From the IMG/VR virus record IMGVR_UViG_2534681940_000023, positions 1-9,206 of that record: 9,206 nt of DNA. One strand, written 5' to 3'. Position 1 is the stretch's first letter. Each line of letters opens with the position of its first letter. The translations under genes were made by a program, and so were the position numbers. The DNA is from a virus (lineage: Duplodnaviria; Heunggongvirae; Uroviricota; Caudoviricetes). The notes beneath the pieces were generated by a model. It was not told the DNA's origin. It did no database searches and saw nothing but the letters and a program-made list of their open reading frames with translations. Below are positions 6,361-9,206 of this stretch, piece by piece.

Positions 6361-6987
6361 ATGGAAACGGTTGGTCAGCGTATAAAAGCTCTGAGAAGAG
6401 TTACCAGAACGTCCCAGAAAGAATTGGGTAAATTTTGTGGAGTAAGTGACGTTGCTGTGGGGTACTGGGAGAAAGACATCAATGTCCCTGGTGGGGAAGC
6501 ACTTTCAAAATTAGCGAAGTTCTTCAATACGTCAATAGATTACATTCTTTATGGTGCGGAGTTTGAAGGCAAACTCGTCACAAACATGCGCAGAGTTCCT
6601 GTAATCTCGTGGGTTCAGGCTGGGCAGTTTACTGAGTGCAGGACAGCAGAAGTGTTTAGTGAAGTAGACAAGTGGGTAGATACATCATTAAAGATTGGTG
6701 ATAACTCATTTGCATTGGAGGTTAAAGGCGACTCCATGACTAACCCTAACGGCCTCCCAACAATACCAGAAGGCGCAACAGTGATTGTAGATCCTGATGC
6801 AGAACCCCGGCATGGAAAAATAGTCATCGCTAGACTTGATGGAACAAACGAAGCCACAGTAAAAAAATTAGTTATCGATGGCCCTCAAAAGTTTTTAGTG
6901 CCATTAAATCCCCGGTACCCCAACATTCCGATCAATGGTAATTGCCTCATCATTGGTGTAGTCAAAGGAGTTCAATACGAACTCTAG
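6361..6987 (+). CDS. cI: CI-like prophage repressor (XRE helix-turn-helix plus S24 LexA-type peptidase, autocleavable)
   Basis: N-terminal helix-turn-helix 'QRIKALRRVTRTSQKELGKFCGVSDVAVGYWEKD'. Ala-Gly cleavage site 'VQAGQF'. Catalytic Ser in 'GDSMTNPNG' and Lys in 'TVKKLV'. Confidence 0.85.
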   Translation: METVGQRIKALRRVTRTSQKELGKFCGVSDVAVGYWEKDINVPGGEALSKLAKFFNTSIDYILYGAEFEGKLVTNMRRVPVISWVQAGQFTECRTAEVFSEVDKWVDTSLKIGDNSFALEVKGDSMTNPNGLPTIPEGATVIVDPDAEPRHGKIVIARLDGTNEATVKKLVIDGPQKFLVPLNPRYPNIPINGNCLIIGVVKGVQYEL

Positions 6988-7005
6988 CCCCCCTTTTCTC
7001 TAACC

Positions 7006-7042
7006 AAAACACCGAACTAAGAAAAGTTTGGTGTTTTCTCTT
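7006..7042 (+). terminator. Intrinsic terminator after the cI-like gene
   Basis: AAAACACCGAAC / GTTTGGTGTTTT forms a 12-bp stem (one G-U pair) with an 8-nt loop, running into TTTTCTCTT. Confidence 0.6.
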
Positions 7043-7075
7043 GCCATCAAAACTAAGTTAAGTTAGATTTTATAT
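7041..7075 (+). promoter_or_regulatory. pL-like promoter with OL-like operator
   Basis: TTGCCA (7041-7046) -17 nt- TAGATT (7064-7069). The overlapping ACTAAGTTAAGTTAGAT (7052-7068) matches the 6278-6294 site at 15 of 17 positions, with its -10-overlapping end at the equivalent place. Confidence 0.5.
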
Positions 7076-7158
7076 CAAAGATAACGAACAGGCAGGACGC
7101 CCACGAAGTAGCCGACGGTGGCGTATGAATGACCGGATGATTCGCGCATGGCAGGAGA

Positions 7159-7533
7159 GTGAATATGGATGGCAGTATCGACAACCAACGAGATGCCTGG
7201 CTTGTGGTGATTGAAGCAGCAAAAACTGCATTAAGCCAAGTTGAAAGCAGTAACTACAGAACAGTTAAACAAATGGCTTTGGGCTCTATTATCTATGCCT
7301 TTGAAAGGCTGGACTTTGATTTTGAAGCAACGAGTATTCTGTCAGAACAACATGAAAAAATGAATAGAGAAGACGCCGCAGCCTATATCGGCGTAGAAGC
7401 GCAAACCTTAGCTAATTGGGCTAGCACAGGAAAAGTTCGAATACCTTTTTTAAAAATCGGTAGAAAGGTTATTTACCTAAAAAGTGATCTTGATGCCTAT
7501 CTTGCCTCATCGAAGGCAAATACCACCAAGTAG
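7159..7533 (+). CDS. Hypothetical protein with a C-terminal excisionase/AlpA-type helix-turn-helix (first gene after pL, N/rexAB position)
   Basis: RBS AGGAGAG. The C-terminus 'AAAYIGVEAQTLANWASTGKVRIPFLKIGRKVIYLKSDLDAYL' is an HTH_17/excisionase-like fold. There is no arginine-rich N-like motif. Confidence 0.6.
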   Translation: MNMDGSIDNQRDAWLVVIEAAKTALSQVESSNYRTVKQMALGSIIYAFERLDFDFEATSILSEQHEKMNREDAAAYIGVEAQTLANWASTGKVRIPFLKIGRKVIYLKSDLDAYLASSKANTTK

Positions 7534-7753
7534 CTCACGTACCTACCACCTCGCCTGATGTGGCTAAAAGCAGGCACATAACAGCTAAGTATTTTCAACC
7601 AGAGAGAATCCTTAGCGTTGTGGTGAATGCGGCTCAGCGCACGCGGGTTAAGGTTGAGACTGACAGTCGACCTTCTGTGGATACCCACCCGCCTGGTGTG
7701 CAACCTTCGCCAGGCACCGGGAGGCACCCGGCACCACAACAGCCACTGCTTTG

Positions 7754-7800
7754 GCGGTACCAGTTTGTACACTTGCTTCCGGCTGGTACCGCTCTTTTTA
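7754..7800 (+). terminator. Intrinsic terminator-like hairpin inside the GC-rich non-coding stretch
   Basis: Perfect 10-bp stem GCGGTACCAG / CTGGTACCGC (7754-7763 and 7783-7792) with a 19-nt loop, followed by TCTTTTTAC. Confidence 0.5.
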
Positions 7801-7888
7801 CAAAACAGAGAAGAGCATCACCGGACGACGGGCTCATAACCCAATCCACCCGGGCGGCTGCCACCGCAGGTGCTCTTCTCTGTTTTGT
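7800..7888. repeat. Perfect 18-bp inverted repeat (ACAAAACAGAGAAGAGCA / TGCTCTTCTCTGTTTTGT) around a 53-nt GC-rich spacer
   Basis: Arms at 7800-7817 and 7871-7888. It can extend by several further pairs with mismatches, and it lies immediately after the terminator U-tract. Confidence 0.6.
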
Positions 7889-7936
7889 GGAGAAACCAAC
7901 CGACCTTGCAGGGTCGATATGATGAGGAGCAGCAAA

Positions 7937-8299
7937 ATGGCTAGCGAACGCAGTACTGATGTGCAGGCATTTATCGGGGAGCTGGACGGCGGCGTATTTG
8001 AAACCAAAATCGGCGCTGTTCTCAGTGAAGTCGCTTCAGGTGTGATGAACACGAAAACCAAAGGGAAGGTCTCGCTCAACCTGGAAATCGAACCGTTTGA
8101 TGAGAACCGTGTGAAAATAAAACACAAACTCTCATATGTTCGTCCGACTAACCGCGGGAAAATTTCCGAAGAAGACACCACCGAAACGCCGATGTATGTC
8201 AATCGCGGTGGTCGCCTGACTATTCTGCAGGAAGACCAGGGACAATTACTGACTCTTGCCGGTGAACCTGACGGAAAACTCCGCGCAGCAGGTCATTAA
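7937..8299 (+). CDS. YfdP-like hypothetical phage protein (120 aa)
   Basis: GAGGAG lies 8 nt before ATG 7937; in-frame ATGs at 7919 and 7922 are alternatives. It precedes the yfdQ-like gene, as in CPS-53. The longer track ORF (7751..8299) runs through the non-coding structured region and is not credible. Confidence 0.55.
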   Translation: MASERSTDVQAFIGELDGGVFETKIGAVLSEVASGVMNTKTKGKVSLNLEIEPFDENRVKIKHKLSYVRPTNRGKISEEDTTETPMYVNRGGRLTILQEDQGQLLTLAGEPDGKLRAAGH

Positions 8300-8364
8300 T
8301 ATCGTTCTTAATTAACTGATTATTTATCTCATCACTGAATATCCTTATATAGTGAGGACTTATT

Positions 8365-9189
8365 ATGTCTCAGAACTTAGACGCAACCGCAATTAATCAA
8401 ATCCATGCCCTTATTTCTGCTCAGGGTGTTAATGAAATTATTAGTAAGATTGGTGCCGATGCTGTGGCATTGCCTGAGAATTTCCGCATTCATGATCTGG
8501 AAAAATTTAATTTAAATCGCTTCCGTTTCCGTGGTGCGCTTTCCACTGCCAGCATCGATGACTTTACCCGTTATTCTAAAGATCTTGCAGATGAAGGCAC
8601 CCGCTGCTTTATCGATGCCGATAATATGCGTGCCGTCAGTGTGCTTAACCTGGGTACTATTGATGAACCAGGTCACGCAGATAACACCGCCACTCTCAAA
8701 CTGAAAAAGACAGCACCGTTCTCTGCTCTGTTGTCTGTTAATGGCGAGCGTAACTCCCAAAAGTCACTGGCAGAATGGATTGAAGACTGGGCCGACTACC
8801 TTGTGGGCTTTGATGCTAATGGTGACGCCATTCAGGCAACCAAAGCGGCTGCGGCGATCCGTAAAATCACAATTGAAGCGAACCAGACCGCTGATTTTGA
8901 AGACAATGACTTCAGCGGCAAACGCTCCCTGATGGAGTCTGTCGAAGCGAAGACCAAAGACATTATGCCAGTGGCATTTGAATTTAAATGCGTTCCGTTT
9001 GAAGGCCTGAAAGAACGTCCGTTTAAATTACGCCTCAGCATTATCACTGGCGATCGTCCTGTACTGGTTCTGCGCATTATTCAGCTGGAAGCGGTGCAGG
9101 AAGAAATGGCTAACGAATTTCGTGATCTGCTTGTTGAGAAATTTAAAGACAGCAAAGTAGAAACCTTTATTGGTACTTTCACCGCCTGA
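8365..9189 (+). CDS. yfdQ: YfdQ-family protein (DUF2303)
   Basis: 274 aa, the same length and character as E. coli CPS-53 YfdQ. RBS TGAGGA. Confidence 0.8.
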   Translation: MSQNLDATAINQIHALISAQGVNEIISKIGADAVALPENFRIHDLEKFNLNRFRFRGALSTASIDDFTRYSKDLADEGTRCFIDADNMRAVSVLNLGTIDEPGHADNTATLKLKKTAPFSALLSVNGERNSQKSLAEWIEDWADYLVGFDANGDAIQATKAAAAIRKITIEANQTADFEDNDFSGKRSLMESVEAKTKDIMPVAFEFKCVPFEGLKERPFKLRLSIITGDRPVLVLRIIQLEAVQEEMANEFRDLLVEKFKDSKVETFIGTFTA

Positions 9190-9206
9190 TTTCATTACTG
9201 CAAATG

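Noticed and set aside
7584-7616. GCTAAG ... CTTAGC inverted half-sites resembling CI operator halves
   Set aside because: The spacing of 21 bp differs from the 3-4-bp spacing of the real operators. No promoter is adjacent, so it is probably coincidental or part of the RNA structure.
7790-7802. boxA-like CGCTCTTTTTA, a possible nut site
   Set aside because: It is simply the 3' arm and U-tract of the terminator hairpin. No boxB hairpin follows at the right spacing and no N-like arginine-rich protein is encoded nearby; it is kept only as a remote possibility.
7560-7922. 120-aa plus-strand ORF, plus 70-aa, 76-aa and 91-aa ORFs, in the GC-rich region
   Set aside because: Pro/Arg/Gly-rich low-complexity translations typical of GC-rich non-coding DNA. 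None has an RBS, and they overlap one another in every frame.
7534-7936. Retron msr-msd ncRNA hypothesis for the GC-rich hairpin region
   Set aside because: No reverse transcriptase gene is adjacent. The neighbours are small non-RT proteins, and no clear a1/a2 flanking repeat arrangement is present.
1-9206. Search for tRNA, rRNA, IS or transposase, and integrase/att features
   Set aside because: No tRNA-like T-arm motifs, no transposase or integrase-like ORFs, and no terminal inverted repeats of IS size were seen. The window is purely early-regulatory, replication and nin-type phage DNA.

Overview
This window looks like the early region of a lambdoid enterobacterial prophage, inferred from gene order and protein motifs read by eye; no database search was possible. 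The minus strand carries a translationally coupled early-right operon. In order it encodes a Cro-like protein, a CII-like protein, a small coupled ORF, a DUF4222-like hidden small gene, a ProQ/FinO-domain protein, a Rha regulator and two small proteins. It continues with a lambda-O-like replication initiator that has an iteron origin inside the gene, a micro-ORF, a Dam-like N6-adenine methyltransferase, a LexA-DNA-binding-domain-only protein, RusA and a KilA-N protein. The plus strand carries an autocleavable CI-like repressor with a terminator, then a pL-like promoter and operator. Downstream are a 124-aa protein with an excisionase-type helix-turn-helix in the N/rexAB position, a GC-rich structured non-coding stretch of about 390 nt, a YfdP-like gene and a YfdQ-like (DUF2303) gene. 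The divergent cI/cro control region and the pL region share a 17-bp operator motif, ACTAAGTT-N3-TTAGAT. The most unusual items are (i) a stand-alone ProQ/FinO-family RNA-chaperone gene inside the phage early operon, followed by a 290-nt spacer with a predicted promoter and terminator that may encode a small RNA, and (ii) the GC-rich multi-hairpin RNA element between the pL-proximal gene and yfdP/yfdQ. A third oddity is a 1.66-kb stop-free reading frame (3783..5444) that overlaps three genes in other frames and cannot be a single real protein.
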